64,000 nt of DNA from assembly GCA_965221295.1 (NCBI GenBank), contig OZ244879.1:877678-941677 (forward strand), read 5' to 3'. This DNA comes from Dehalococcoidia bacterium (lineage in GTDB: Bacteria; Chloroflexota; Dehalococcoidia; Lucifugimonadales; UBA3495). The translations under genes and the position numbers were made by a program. Numbering within the stretch: the first letter of the stretch is position 1; each line of letters starts with the position of its first letter. Of this stretch, positions 9,119 to 19,523 are shown piece after piece. The notes below the pieces were generated by a model, which worked only from the letters and a program-made list of their open reading frames with translations, searched no databases and was not told where the DNA came from.

Positions 9119-9449
9119 TCGTCCACACAATCAAGACGACAGCAGCGGCGACCCACGCGATTATGCCCACAGTTACGATTATCGCTCCCGCCAAGACTGC
9201 GTTTTCCCCATCCAAACTGCCGCTCAGTTTGGGGAGTGCGTAAGCTCCGAACAGCACTATCAACATGCCGATTCCGGCAACCCCGGCGGCGACATAGAAG
9301 GCGCGATTCAGCAGGGAATAACCGTCCGTCAAGCGTTGTTCCCCGCCCCCAACTCCGGTAGCCTGCGCATCAGGGTTTGACGGCGCTTCAGTTTCCGGTG
9401 AGGGACCTTTAGCGTCAATTGGGTCGTATTGCACATCGGATGTAGCCAT
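9069..9449 (-). CDS. Hypothetical two-TM membrane protein
   Basis: CAGGAGG RBS before ATG 9449; two hydrophobic helices and a basic C-terminus. Confidence 0.6.
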   Translation of the reverse strand: MATSDVQYDPIDAKGPSPETEAPSNPDAQATGVGGGEQRLTDGYSLLNRAFYVAAGVAGIGMLIVLFGAYALPKLSGSLDGENAVLAGAIIVTVGIIAWVAAAVVLIVWTIKDVARALKIARTKQR

Positions 9450-9616
9450 TTCGCCCGCCTCCTGAGCTCCATCTTACCACCTGGCGAAACGCACCGACAA
9501 ACGCCACCGGCAGGCCTGCCGCGCGTCGCCTGTGCTAAACTGCCGTTGGCGTCCGCCGGCGCGGAACGCTTTGCCAACTTTCCCATTGATTGCAGACTCC
9601 CGGCGGAGGTTCCACT

Positions 9617-10843
9617 ATGGCCGTACAATCCTACACCATCAACGTGCCTGATGACGTTCTCGAAGACCTAAAGCATCGGCTGGCCCACGCGCGGTGGCCC
9701 GACGAAATACCCGGGGCCAAGTGGGATTACGGGTCAAACCTTGACTACATCAAAGAGCTGGTGGCCTATTGGCGTGATGGTTACGACTGGCGCAAAGCCG
9801 AAGCCGGCCTCAACGCATTCGCCAATTTCTACGCCACCATAGATGGCCAGGGCATCCACTTCATCCACGAGAAGGGCAAAGGCCCCAACCCCATGCCCAT
9901 CATCGTAACCCACGGGTGGCCAGGTTCGATCTACGAGATGCACAAGATCATCCCTATGCTGACTGACCCGGCGAGCCACGGTGGAGATCCGGCGGACTCT
10001 TTCGACGTAGTTGTGCCTTCCATGCCGGGATACGGTTTCAGCGCGCAAACTCGCGAACGCGGCGTGAATACCCGTAGGATTGCGGAGCTATGGGACAAAC
10101 TGATGGCCAACGAACTTGGCTACAAGCGCTACGCGGCTCAGGGCGGCGACTGGGGCGCGGGCGTAACCGCTCGCCTCGGGTTTCATCATTCCGAACACGT
10201 GCTGGGCATCCACACCACGTCGGTGACGCAGGCCATCCCCTACCAGGGCGCGAGCCTGCAGGGGCTAGGGATGCGCGAGCGGCTGGAGCAAGTGATCGGT
10301 ACGCCTCAAGGCGGCTACCGGCGCGATTTCGCAGCTATCCTGTCGGACGACGAGCTGGCGATGATCGATCAGCGGGTTTCCTGGGCGGCGGCCGAGGGCG
10401 GGTACGCTCACATCCAGGGCACCAAGCCTCAAACGTTGGCTTACGGGCTGAACGACTCGCCGGTGGGATTGTGCGCCTGGATAGTCGAGAAATACCGAAC
10501 ATGGAGCGACTGCAACGGCGACGTGGAAAGCGTCTACACGAAGGATGACCTGCTGACCACGGTGATGATCTACTGGGCCACCCAGACCATCAACTCCAGC
10601 GTCCGTTTGTACTATGAGAACGGACGGACGCCGTGGTACTTCGGGCCGGAAGACCGAATCAACGTGCCGTGCGCCATCGCGGTATTTCCCAAGGAGTTGT
10701 CCACGCCGCCGCGCTCATGGGCCGAGCGGACCTATAACGTGCAACGTTGGACCCAGATGGATAGCGGGGGCCATTTTGCCGCCCTGGAGAAGCCGGCGGA
10801 GCTGGTGGCCGATATGCGCGAATTCTTCCGAGGACTGCGGTAG
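9617..10843 (+). CDS. Epoxide hydrolase (EHN N-terminal domain, alpha/beta hydrolase)
   Basis: THGWPGS, AQGGDWG nucleophile motif, GGHFAALE; GGAGG RBS. Confidence 0.92.
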   Translation: MAVQSYTINVPDDVLEDLKHRLAHARWPDEIPGAKWDYGSNLDYIKELVAYWRDGYDWRKAEAGLNAFANFYATIDGQGIHFIHEKGKGPNPMPIIVTHGWPGSIYEMHKIIPMLTDPASHGGDPADSFDVVVPSMPGYGFSAQTRERGVNTRRIAELWDKLMANELGYKRYAAQGGDWGAGVTARLGFHHSEHVLGIHTTSVTQAIPYQGASLQGLGMRERLEQVIGTPQGGYRRDFAAILSDDELAMIDQRVSWAAAEGGYAHIQGTKPQTLAYGLNDSPVGLCAWIVEKYRTWSDCNGDVESVYTKDDLLTTVMIYWATQTINSSVRLYYENGRTPWYFGPEDRINVPCAIAVFPKELSTPPRSWAERTYNVQRWTQMDSGGHFAALEKPAELVADMREFFRGLR

Positions 10844-10886
10844 AATCACAGTGGCGAACTTCCCTGCGGGAGGAGTGGGAAACTTC

Positions 10887-11600
10887 ATGATGGGACCTAC
10901 GGAGTGGACGGTCATCGCCACGGGCATCGCGCTGTTCGTGGCCCTTGGTAGCCTGATCAGGCTCAGCAACTCGACCACTAGGCATGAGTTGAGAGCCGAA
11001 ATCGCCAACGTCAGAATGGAAATCGCCCGGCTCAAGACCGAACTAGAAAGCAAAATCGCCGAGCTCAAGTCGGAACTGACAGGCGACATTGCCGGCGCCA
11101 AAGCCGACAACAACGCTACGCGCGCTGAGCTGAAAGCTGATATAGCCGGAATCAGGACAGACATGGCCGATCTCAGGTCGGACTTCAAAGCCGCAATAGC
11201 CGAACTCGGAATCGAGCTGAAAGGCGAGATTGCCTCGGCCAAGGCCGAAAACAACGCAACGCGCGCTGAGTTGAAAGCCGAGATTGCCGCCGCCAGAGCA
11301 GATGCCAAGGCCGACAACAACGCAACGCGCGCTGAGCTGAAAGCCGATATTGGAGAACTCGGGGCGAAACTGAAGGGCGAGATTGCCGGCGCCAGAGCGG
11401 ATGCCAAGGCCGACGCGGCAAGCTTGAGACAGGAGACGCGGGACAATCGCGCCGAAATCATCACCAACCGGCGCTTGTTGGGACGTTTCGCCCTGCACCG
11501 GCACGGTGAAGACGGTATGCCCATGGCTCCACTCACCGACGCGTTAGAACCCCCCAACGGCAACGGAGAATCCGCCAGCAACGAAAACGGAAGCGACTGA
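10887..11600 (+). CDS. Membrane-anchored coiled-coil repeat protein (DUF1640/CCDC90-like)
   Basis: N-terminal TM helix then repeated AKA(D/E)NNATRAELKA(D/E)I units; GGAGGAG upstream of ATG 10887. Confidence 0.7.
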   Translation: MMGPTEWTVIATGIALFVALGSLIRLSNSTTRHELRAEIANVRMEIARLKTELESKIAELKSELTGDIAGAKADNNATRAELKADIAGIRTDMADLRSDFKAAIAELGIELKGEIASAKAENNATRAELKAEIAAARADAKADNNATRAELKADIGELGAKLKGEIAGARADAKADAASLRQETRDNRAEIITNRRLLGRFALHRHGEDGMPMAPLTDALEPPNGNGESASNENGSD

Positions 11601-11927
11601 ACGGAGCGCCGCCCCTCAAGTGTGGCTATTTCTTGCCAGTCATTACGGGATCTGCGCCGTGGAATCTCGCTGCGTCCCGATCGGAGCGACGTTATGCCAT
11701 TACAATTTCGAGCAGGACGCAGCAATCTCATAGTGGACGTGAGGTTTGGGCTAGGATGTGTGCCCGCGGAACGGGATCACCAACCCGTTAAAATGTTTGG
11801 GCAACGACCGAGGCGCTGTGCGATCCCGCCGTCCGATGCTGACAGAGTTGGCAAAACCCGCTACCATGTCCGCGCGAAACCCGGACCACAGCCCGGATAA
11901 CCGGGCGGATTGAGGAGGAATCAGTTA

Positions 11928-13112
11928 ATGATTACCAAGTTTGGCAGCCTTTGGGCCGGCAACGTCGATATGGACAACCCCGGCTACCAGGGAACACCGG
12001 CCAATGACCGCTGGCTATCGGATGAAGAACTGGCCGGCGGCGGCATCGAAAAGGCCGAGAAGATCGCCATCGCCATGGACCGTTTGGGCTACGACACCTT
12101 TTGGGCAGCGGAGCACCACTTCCAGCGAGAAGGCTACGAGGTTATTCCCAACCTGCTGATGCTCTGGGTTCACTTGGCGCACTTGACCAAGAATCTGCGA
12201 TTCGGTTGTGGATTCAACATCAACCCAATGTGGAACCCGCTTCGCCTGGCTGAAGATTATGCCACCGCAGACTGGTTGACCGATGGACGGGTGCGTTTTG
12301 GCGTGGGCCGTGGCTACCATACCCGCGAGATCGAGGTCTTCGGCGCGCCGATCCTTGACCAAAACGCGAACCGCGAACTGTTTGAGGAGCAAGTGGAAGT
12401 CATTTGGAAGGCTTTCAACCAGCGCAGTTTCTCGCACCATGGCAAGCATTACGACATTCCCCCAAACGTGCCCTATCGGGGCTACGATCTGGAGGAAATT
12501 ACGCTGGTGCCGCGACCCAAGTACGAGGTCGAATGGTGGCAACCGGTGGTGTCCGCCAGCGACCGCGCCATCAATTTCATGGCCAAGTGGGGGATCAAGG
12601 GAATCATTGGCGGCGGCGCGGCTACCGGTGGCGCCAGCGACGACGTTATCCATCGCTGGCAGGCAATCCACGCTGAGCACGGCAAGGAATGGGAGTTGGG
12701 CGAAGGTCTGGCCGTGGGCTATTCGGTGCAGATTGCCAACTCCGAAAAGGAAGCGATGGATCAGGCGCGGCTGTGGATGGAAGAACGGGTCAAGATGTTC
12801 GGGCCGTTGGGCTTCATCGCCGGATTGACCCAAGAGCAGCTGGACGCCCTGAACGCCTTCGGACGCCCAGTCCCCAAGGGTCTGAAGATGCCCGCCATCG
12901 AAGAGGCTGTGGCCGCCGGCCAATACCTGGTCGGCCCGCCGGACCGCATTACCGAACAGTTGATGCAGGTGCAAGAACGCTATCCAGGCCTGCACGAAAT
13001 CAACATCGGCGTGACCAACATGGGTATGCCCACCAGCGCTTCTCTGGACCAACTGGAATGGTTTGCCCAAGACGTGATGCCGCATTTCAACAAGCAGGGA
13101 ACTGACAATTAA
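11928..13112 (+). CDS. LLM-class flavin-dependent oxidoreductase
   Basis: FWAAEHHFQ, LTDGRVRFGVGRGYH; GAGGAGG RBS. Confidence 0.9.
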   Translation: MITKFGSLWAGNVDMDNPGYQGTPANDRWLSDEELAGGGIEKAEKIAIAMDRLGYDTFWAAEHHFQREGYEVIPNLLMLWVHLAHLTKNLRFGCGFNINPMWNPLRLAEDYATADWLTDGRVRFGVGRGYHTREIEVFGAPILDQNANRELFEEQVEVIWKAFNQRSFSHHGKHYDIPPNVPYRGYDLEEITLVPRPKYEVEWWQPVVSASDRAINFMAKWGIKGIIGGGAATGGASDDVIHRWQAIHAEHGKEWELGEGLAVGYSVQIANSEKEAMDQARLWMEERVKMFGPLGFIAGLTQEQLDALNAFGRPVPKGLKMPAIEEAVAAGQYLVGPPDRITEQLMQVQERYPGLHEINIGVTNMGMPTSASLDQLEWFAQDVMPHFNKQGTDN

Positions 13113-13516
13113 CCCAGCGATTCCGGCGCAACGCGGGTCGGCCGACCGTCAATCCCCGGCCCGTATCCTACTCATGGCCGTATTCCCGGCTGGACGAATG
13201 GGGTCAACGAGGAGCGCCGGCGAGTTTGGCAAATGTTCCGATCCGCATCCATGCATACCGTCCGCGGGCGTGCGCGCGCGTCCTCCGATGCCTCCAAAAT
13301 GCTTCGGCGCTGTTGCCGAGCTTTGCTGCATGGCGACCGGACGGGGCTGGTTAATGCCACGTTTTTGACGCTAAGCGAATCTCGTCGTGTTCGCGTCCAA
13401 AGAGCGCGCCCTTGCGGAATGCGGCGTTTCAGCGGGATGGGCGCGGTCTTGCCTCGCGCATGGACTACAGCAAGCAGGTCAATTTCGATCTCGAACCTGC
13501 CTCATTGAGCGTTTCC

Positions 13517-14542
13517 TTGTCCGTTTCTTCTCCAGACCAACCGACGCCCACCACTGTTGTCGGCGCCACAACTTGGGGCACCACGCTGGCCATTCTTGCC
13601 GCCCGCGCCGGCGCTCCAGTGCGGCTCCTGTGCCGAACCGAAGACGAGGCTCTCGGGTTGAGGCGTAAGGGAAGGCATGAAGAGCGGCTGCCCGGAGTCC
13701 AGTTTCCGCCTACGCTTTCAGTGGAGAGTGACCCCAGCGCAGCTTTGGACGACGCCAAGCTGGTCATCATTGCGGCGCCTTCCGACCGGTTTCGCCAAAA
13801 CCTGCGTAGAATCGCCCGCAGTATGCCCCCGGATGCGGTGGCGCTCAGCGTCACGAAGGGATTGGAGCTGCCCGCCGGTCTGCGCATGAGCCAGGTAATT
13901 GCTGAGGAGCTGCCCGATCACCCACCCGAACGGTTCGCCGCGCTGTCCGGCCCCAACCTGGCCGGCGAGGTGATCCTCGGCAAGCCCGCTTTGACGGTGG
14001 TGGCGTCGCTGGATCAATCGGCGGGCCGAATGGTTCAGGACACGCTGATGTCGCCGGCGTTCCGGGTGTACACCAGCGATGATGTGGTCGGCGTTGAACT
14101 GGGTGGTTCCTTGAAGAACATCATCGCGTTGGCCGCGGGCATGGCCGACGGTTTGGGAGCGGGCGACAACGCCAAGGCCGCGTTGGTTACGCGGGGTTTG
14201 AACGAGATTGGGCGCCTGGGTATCGCCGCCGGCGCTCAACTGATGACCTTCGCCGGCTTGGCCGGCCTGGGCGACGTGATGGCGACCTGCAACAGCCCGT
14301 TGAGCCGGAATCGCCACGTGGGCGAAGAACTGGCGAAAGGCCGTGCGCTCAAGGATATTCTGGCCGATATGGACGCCGTGGCGGAGGGCGTAAACACCAC
14401 GTTGGCCGCCCTGACCATGGCCGATTCCTTGGAAGTGGACATGCCGATAACGCGTCTCATGGCGAAGGTGCTATTCGAAGGCTGGCCGGCCTCGGAGTGC
14501 ATTCCAGCCCTTATGGAGCGCCCTCCACGGGCGGAATGGTAA
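13517..14542 (+). CDS. gpsA: NAD(P)H-dependent glycerol-3-phosphate dehydrogenase
   Basis: VVGATTWGTTLA, LSGPNLAGEV, GVELGGSLKNIIA, GLAGLGD, SRNR, AEGV. Start codon uncertain. Confidence 0.9.
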   Translation: MSVSSPDQPTPTTVVGATTWGTTLAILAARAGAPVRLLCRTEDEALGLRRKGRHEERLPGVQFPPTLSVESDPSAALDDAKLVIIAAPSDRFRQNLRRIARSMPPDAVALSVTKGLELPAGLRMSQVIAEELPDHPPERFAALSGPNLAGEVILGKPALTVVASLDQSAGRMVQDTLMSPAFRVYTSDDVVGVELGGSLKNIIALAAGMADGLGAGDNAKAALVTRGLNEIGRLGIAAGAQLMTFAGLAGLGDVMATCNSPLSRNRHVGEELAKGRALKDILADMDAVAEGVNTTLAALTMADSLEVDMPITRLMAKVLFEGWPASECIPALMERPPRAEW

Positions 14543-14661
14543 CCGGCTTACATCCACGCCGACACCCACACCGACGATGCGCCCTCGACGGCGGCATTGG
14601 CAACGGTGATCCAACGCTGCTGGGATGCGTCGACGGGGAGCGCCCTCCACGGACGGAATGG
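14515..14661 (+). repeat. 25-bp direct repeat of the gpsA 3' end
   Basis: GGAGCGCCCTCCACGG(G/A)CGGAATGG at 14515-14539 and 14637-14661. Confidence 0.85.
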
Positions 14662-14811
14662 GAGCCAGGTGCGCTCAGCAGGTGATCCGCGAGCAGGACG
14701 GGCGCCCGCCACGCGAGGTATGACATCATTCTGCGCCGGCAGGCCAAAGCGTGGCGGTCAAGTCGCCCCGACCCCGCCAACGCAAAAGGTGGTTGACGCG
14801 GAGCGACTTGC

Positions 14812-15792
14812 TCAGCGCAGCTCTCTGGGAAGCGTGAAGGTGATGTCCTCCTCGGCGCCTTCCAGAAGGGTTACCCGATTGGGCTGCAGGGCTTCTATCA
14901 CGGCTTCTACCAGCACCTCCGGCGTGGATGCTCCGGAGGTGACTCCCGCCCGCTGGCAACCGACCAGCCAATCCGGGTTGATTTCATCGGGTCCGTTGAT
15001 GAGGTAGGCGGGAGCGCCGTTGGCTTCGGCGACTTCGCGCAGACGATTGCAGTTGGACGAGTTCTGAGCGCCGATGACCAGGACCACGTCAACCAGGCCC
15101 GCCATCTGGGTCACGGCGTCCTGCCGGTTGGTGGTGGCGTAGCAGATGTCGTTCCGCACCAGGGCGCTGGGAAAGCGTTCCCGGATCGCGCCGATTGCGT
15201 TGCCGGTATCCCCGACCGACAGGGTAGTTTGAGTGATGACGGCGACCTCCGTATCTGAGGGCCAATCGATGTCGGCGCTAACGGCTTGCTCCGACAGCGG
15301 CGAGGCATCGTTGATCAACGTCATCGGCGCCTGCCCCATGGTGCCGCGAACTTCCTGATGCCCCTGGTGCCCAACCAGCAAGACTCGTTTGCCTTCCTGG
15401 TGGTACTTCTTGGCCTCATTGTGGACGCGAGTGACCAGAGGGCAAACGGCGTCTATGACCCGCAGACCGCGTTCGTTGGCCCGCTCAAAATCCTCAGGCG
15501 GGGAGCCGTGGGCAGAGAACACGACCAACGATCCCGGCGGCACTTCATCCACCTCCTCAACCGTAATGGCTCCCTTGCGTTCCAACTCGGCGACCACATA
15601 GGGATTGTGCACGATCTGGTGCTTGACGTACACCGGAGGTCCGAACCGCTTCAAACACTCTTCGACGACATCAATGGCCCGCACCACGCCGGCGCAGAAC
15701 CCCCGAGGCGAACTCAGTATCACTTCAACCATCTTGAAACCCTCTCTGGCCACATCGTTGTCGTTCAAACCAGCGAGCTCTTGGAAACTCAT
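14812..15792 (-). CDS. ispH: 4-hydroxy-3-methylbut-2-enyl diphosphate reductase
   Basis: PRGFCAGV, IVHN, SAHG, DAVCPLV, QTTLS, DICYATTNRQ, SGASTP. Start may be ATG 15732. Confidence 0.95.
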   Translation of the reverse strand: MSFQELAGLNDNDVAREGFKMVEVILSSPRGFCAGVVRAIDVVEECLKRFGPPVYVKHQIVHNPYVVAELERKGAITVEEVDEVPPGSLVVFSAHGSPPEDFERANERGLRVIDAVCPLVTRVHNEAKKYHQEGKRVLLVGHQGHQEVRGTMGQAPMTLINDASPLSEQAVSADIDWPSDTEVAVITQTTLSVGDTGNAIGAIRERFPSALVRNDICYATTNRQDAVTQMAGLVDVVLVIGAQNSSNCNRLREVAEANGAPAYLINGPDEINPDWLVGCQRAGVTSGASTPEVLVEAVIEALQPNRVTLLEGAEEDITFTLPRELR

Positions 15793-15868
15793 TCAGCACA
15801 TTCCTGTTGAATCTGTTGGTCTCTGTAAGAAGCGCCCGGCAGCGGACCTACCTGGCGGGAAACCCACG

Positions 15869-17050
15869 TCAGGCGCTGTCGGGAGTCCATCCCCAGGGTC
15901 GGGGACCCCAACCCGCTTCGTAGACTTCGCCACGCTTGACCGACATGACGGGCACGACAGCGCGTTGAGACTCTCGTCCGCTGCCGAGAACGTCATACAC
16001 GATCCAGTCTCCTTCCTCGATGGCCAATATGGAAATGTCGGCCTGTTTGCCCACCGCTAGGCTCCCCAACCGAGCTTCCTCTCCGATGGCGCGGGCTGGG
16101 TTGATGGTGCACATTTCCACGACACGGTCCAGCGTAAACCCCAGCGCCAGAAAGCGGGTCATCATCTCGGTCATGCTGTGGACGGTGCGGATGCGCCCGG
16201 GCACGGTGAGGTCGGTGCTGATGCAGTGGGGTTCTACGCCCTGGTCCAGCACCCGCTCGCCAATGTCGAAGCTGAAGTTCGCCCGGCCGTGGGCGGTGTC
16301 GAGCCAGACGCCGCGTTCGTGCGCCTCGCGAGCTTCAGGAACCAGTTTGCCGTCGCCGTCCAGCACGCCGCCGGGGTTGGCGGTGAAGAAGTGGGTCACG
16401 ATGTCGCCAGGCTCCATAATGGGCAGCAATTCCCGAATCACCTCAGCGGGGTAACGTTTCTCGGTGTCTCCAATATGCACCATGAGCGGCACGCCGGCTT
16501 CCCGGGCGGCGCGTTTGGCCTGCCGGGGCATCTCCATGCCCATGATTTCCAGCGCCGGAGAGACCATGCGGGCCTTGATGCCTCGGATCACCCCGTTGCT
16601 CTCCTCAACTACCTGGATGGTGCGTTCCAGGTCGATGCTGCTGGGCGCGAATATGTCGGGCGTCGTGGCCAAACCGGTGCGGCAGATATGGAGAAACGGA
16701 ATGATCTCGGTACGGCTGTTGGGGATGATGTGAGCCGGAAACCCGCCATAGGTATCGCAACCGCTACTGCCGGCGTCAACCATGGTGGTGACGCCGGCGC
16801 GCACTCCACCCAGGTCGGCGTTTACGCCGTTGCCGTTGACGCCCTCGTACACGTGGGTGTGCAGGTCGATGAGGCCGGGAGTCACGTATCTGCCTGCGAC
16901 TTCAACCACCCGGGCCGCCTCGTCGGCCGGTAGGTCGGCGGCTACGGCGGCGATTTTGCCATCGGCCACGCCAACGTCGAGAACGCCGTGCCAACCCTCG
17001 GTTGGATCAATGACATTGCCGCCCTTGATGAGCAGGTCGTAAGTGGGCAT
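15869..17050 (-). CDS. Amidohydrolase/deacetylase family metallohydrolase (dihydroorotase-like)
   Basis: PGLIDLHTH, GVTTMVDAGS, MVHIG, ISTD, GSLAVGKQADI. Confidence 0.88.
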   Translation of the reverse strand: MPTYDLLIKGGNVIDPTEGWHGVLDVGVADGKIAAVAADLPADEAARVVEVAGRYVTPGLIDLHTHVYEGVNGNGVNADLGGVRAGVTTMVDAGSSGCDTYGGFPAHIIPNSRTEIIPFLHICRTGLATTPDIFAPSSIDLERTIQVVEESNGVIRGIKARMVSPALEIMGMEMPRQAKRAAREAGVPLMVHIGDTEKRYPAEVIRELLPIMEPGDIVTHFFTANPGGVLDGDGKLVPEAREAHERGVWLDTAHGRANFSFDIGERVLDQGVEPHCISTDLTVPGRIRTVHSMTEMMTRFLALGFTLDRVVEMCTINPARAIGEEARLGSLAVGKQADISILAIEEGDWIVYDVLGSGRESQRAVVPVMSVKRGEVYEAGWGPRPWGWTPDSA

Positions 17051-17301
17051 GGTTCTGTTCCCTCCGGCCATCCTGATTGGGCCAGCGTAGTGAGCGGGGG
17101 CAGCGGTGTCAAGCCGGGCGCCTCGCTATGGCGGAGCCAACAGGCTCAACCGCGTCAGCGCTGTGGCGTGCACCCTGGAAGCTGGCGCCGCTTTTGCCTT
17201 GCCTATTCAATGTGCTATACTGCTGGCCAATTCGGGTAGGCCGGCGCGTACCGCTCTGCCCGTCGCTTTTTGCTAACCTCGCCCACAGGAGTGTATCGGC
17301 G

Positions 17302-18747
17302 GTGAAGGTCACCAGGGACAACGCATCACCCATTGAGATCACGCTGACGGTTGAACTGGAACCCGCGGACGAGGCGCCGTTCCTGGAACGTTCGTACCGC
17401 CGCACCGTTTCGCGCATCAACATCCCTGGCTTCCGGCGCGGCAAAGCTCCCCGCCATATTGTCGAAAACATGGTTGGGCGCGCCGCATTGTTGCAGGAAG
17501 CCCTGGATTTCATGGTTCCCGAAACCCTCGACACAGCGCTCACGGAGGCAGAGATCTCGGCCTTTGCGGAACCCAGCATCGAGGTTACCGAACTCGAACC
17601 CGTTTCCTTCACCGCCACTGTCCCCCTAGAACCTGACATCGACCTGGGCGACTATCGTTCCTTACGCGTTGATGTTGACGCCGTTGAATTTGATGAAAAG
17701 CGGATTGATGATCTGATCAACCGCCTACTGGAAGAGCAGGCGGTGTGGGAACCCGTCGAGCGGCCCGCCCAGTATGGCGACCGCCTCAATCTCGATGTCA
17801 ACGGGGAAATCGATGGCGAAACCGTGGTGGATGACCACGACATTGAATACATTCCCAACGAAGACAACGTGCTCCCCTTCCCTGGCTTCGCTCCCAATCT
17901 CGTGGGCTTGGTCGAGGAGGAAGAGCGCGAGTTCATGGTGACCGTTCCTGAGGACTACCCCCGGGAGCAATTCGCCGCCAAAGACGTCCAGTTCAAGGTG
18001 TCGGTTCTTTCCGTAAAGGAAAAAACCGTGCCCGAACTGGATGACGAATTCGCCCAATCCTTGGGCCAAGGGTTCGATGACGTGGATGCCCTCCGCGCCA
18101 ACCTGCGGGAGTCGCTGACCCAGCAGGACGAAGCCACGGCCCGCAATGAACTGGAGCAGAAAAGCCTGGAAGCCCTGTGTGAAGCCGCCGTGGTCAACGC
18201 TTCTGCCATCCTCTACGACCGCGAACTCGAGGCGTTGCAAACCGAACGCGAGAACGCGCTTCGGCGGCAGGGCATTGACTTTCCGACCTACCTTAGTTTC
18301 ATGGGCAAATCCGCCGAGGAATTCCTCGAAGAGTTGCGGCCCAACGCGGAACGTCGCCTCGTGACCGGGCTGGTCCTCCGCAAGCTCGCCGAAGTCGAGG
18401 GAATCGAAGTAGCCGACGAGGAAATCCAGGCCGAAACGGAACGCATCATGGAATCGTCCGCCGCCCAGCAGGATGAAGAGACGAACCCCGACAGCCTGCG
18501 CGAGTTCCTCGACTCGCCAATGATGCGCGATAATATCCGTTCCAACCTGCACAGCCGCCGGGTGATGGAACGGCTCACCGACATCACCCAGGGCAAACTC
18601 GACGGCGCAGAGGACGACTCGGAGGCCGCCGCTGCCCAGGAACCGCCAACCGCCGCCGAGGACATTGCGGCGGAAGTCGAAACGGAACCCCCCGCGGAGG
18701 CCGAGGTCGAAGCAGAGGCCGAAGGCGAAAACAACGCCTCTGGCTGA
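17302..18747 (+). CDS. tig: Trigger factor
   Basis: IPGFRRGKAP ribosome-binding motif, FKBP-like middle, PELDDEFA; GTG start after CAGGAG; upstream of clpP-clpX. Confidence 0.95.
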   Translation: MKVTRDNASPIEITLTVELEPADEAPFLERSYRRTVSRINIPGFRRGKAPRHIVENMVGRAALLQEALDFMVPETLDTALTEAEISAFAEPSIEVTELEPVSFTATVPLEPDIDLGDYRSLRVDVDAVEFDEKRIDDLINRLLEEQAVWEPVERPAQYGDRLNLDVNGEIDGETVVDDHDIEYIPNEDNVLPFPGFAPNLVGLVEEEEREFMVTVPEDYPREQFAAKDVQFKVSVLSVKEKTVPELDDEFAQSLGQGFDDVDALRANLRESLTQQDEATARNELEQKSLEALCEAAVVNASAILYDRELEALQTERENALRRQGIDFPTYLSFMGKSAEEFLEELRPNAERRLVTGLVLRKLAEVEGIEVADEEIQAETERIMESSAAQQDEETNPDSLREFLDSPMMRDNIRSNLHSRRVMERLTDITQGKLDGAEDDSEAAAAQEPPTAAEDIAAEVETEPPAEAEVEAEAEGENNASG

Positions 18748-18844
18748 GTCAACGCCCGCCCAGCCGCGTCGCCACCCCCCAAAGTGATCGGGTATCCGGC
18801 GCGCTCTGCCAACGGACTGTCCACTATTTCAGGAGCCCTTTCAA

Positions 18845-19492
18845 ATGTTGCGATTCCCCGAACCCCAGGACCTCCCGCCTCCCAGCAACGTCCTGCCTGG
18901 CATTATTCGTCCCACCACCGAAGGCGAACGCGCGTTCAATCCTTACTCCCTGCTGCTCCAAGCTCGGATCATCTACCTGGGCACCCCGGTGGACGACGAC
19001 GTGTCCAACGCCGTGGTATCCCAATTGCTCTACCTGGCCTGGGAAAACCCCGATGAGGACATCTACCTCTACATCAACTCCCCGGGCGGCTCGGTGCTGG
19101 ACGGCATGGCCATCTACGACACCATGCAGCTCATCAAACCGGATGTAGCCACCGTGTGCCTGGGCAAGGCCGCCAGCATGGGCGCGGTGCTGCTTTCCGG
19201 CGGAGCCAAGGGCAAACGCTACTGCACGCGCAACTCGACCGTCCTGATTCACCAGGTGATGGGCGGCATCCAGGGGTCTGCCTCCGACATCGAAATTACG
19301 GCCCAGGAAATCCTGCGCCTGCGCCAACGCCTGAACACCATCCTATCCGAAAATTGCGATCAGCCCTTCGACAAGGTATCCCGCGATTCTGACCGAGACT
19401 ACTGGATGGACGCCGAAAGCGCCGTCGCCTACGGCATCGTTGACCATGTACTCGACCAGTTGCCCGATGTCTTCACCCGCGCCGTTGCCTAG
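18845..19492 (+). CDS. clpP: ATP-dependent Clp protease proteolytic subunit (copy 1)
   Basis: YINSPGG, AASMG (Ser), IHQ (His), DRDYW (Asp). Confidence 0.95.
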   Translation: MLRFPEPQDLPPPSNVLPGIIRPTTEGERAFNPYSLLLQARIIYLGTPVDDDVSNAVVSQLLYLAWENPDEDIYLYINSPGGSVLDGMAIYDTMQLIKPDVATVCLGKAASMGAVLLSGGAKGKRYCTRNSTVLIHQVMGGIQGSASDIEITAQEILRLRQRLNTILSENCDQPFDKVSRDSDRDYWMDAESAVAYGIVDHVLDQLPDVFTRAVA

Positions 19493-19523
19493 GCAGCGTT
19501 CCGCAAAATGTCAGGAGACCCCA

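Noticed and set aside
11630..11735. Additional REP copy (GTCATTACG...GGACGCAGCAATCTC)
   Set aside because: Similarity to the array core is only partial; too degenerate to call without an alignment.
13113..13500. Gene or RNA in the gap before gpsA
   Set aside because: Only short motif-less ORFs and no convincing structure.
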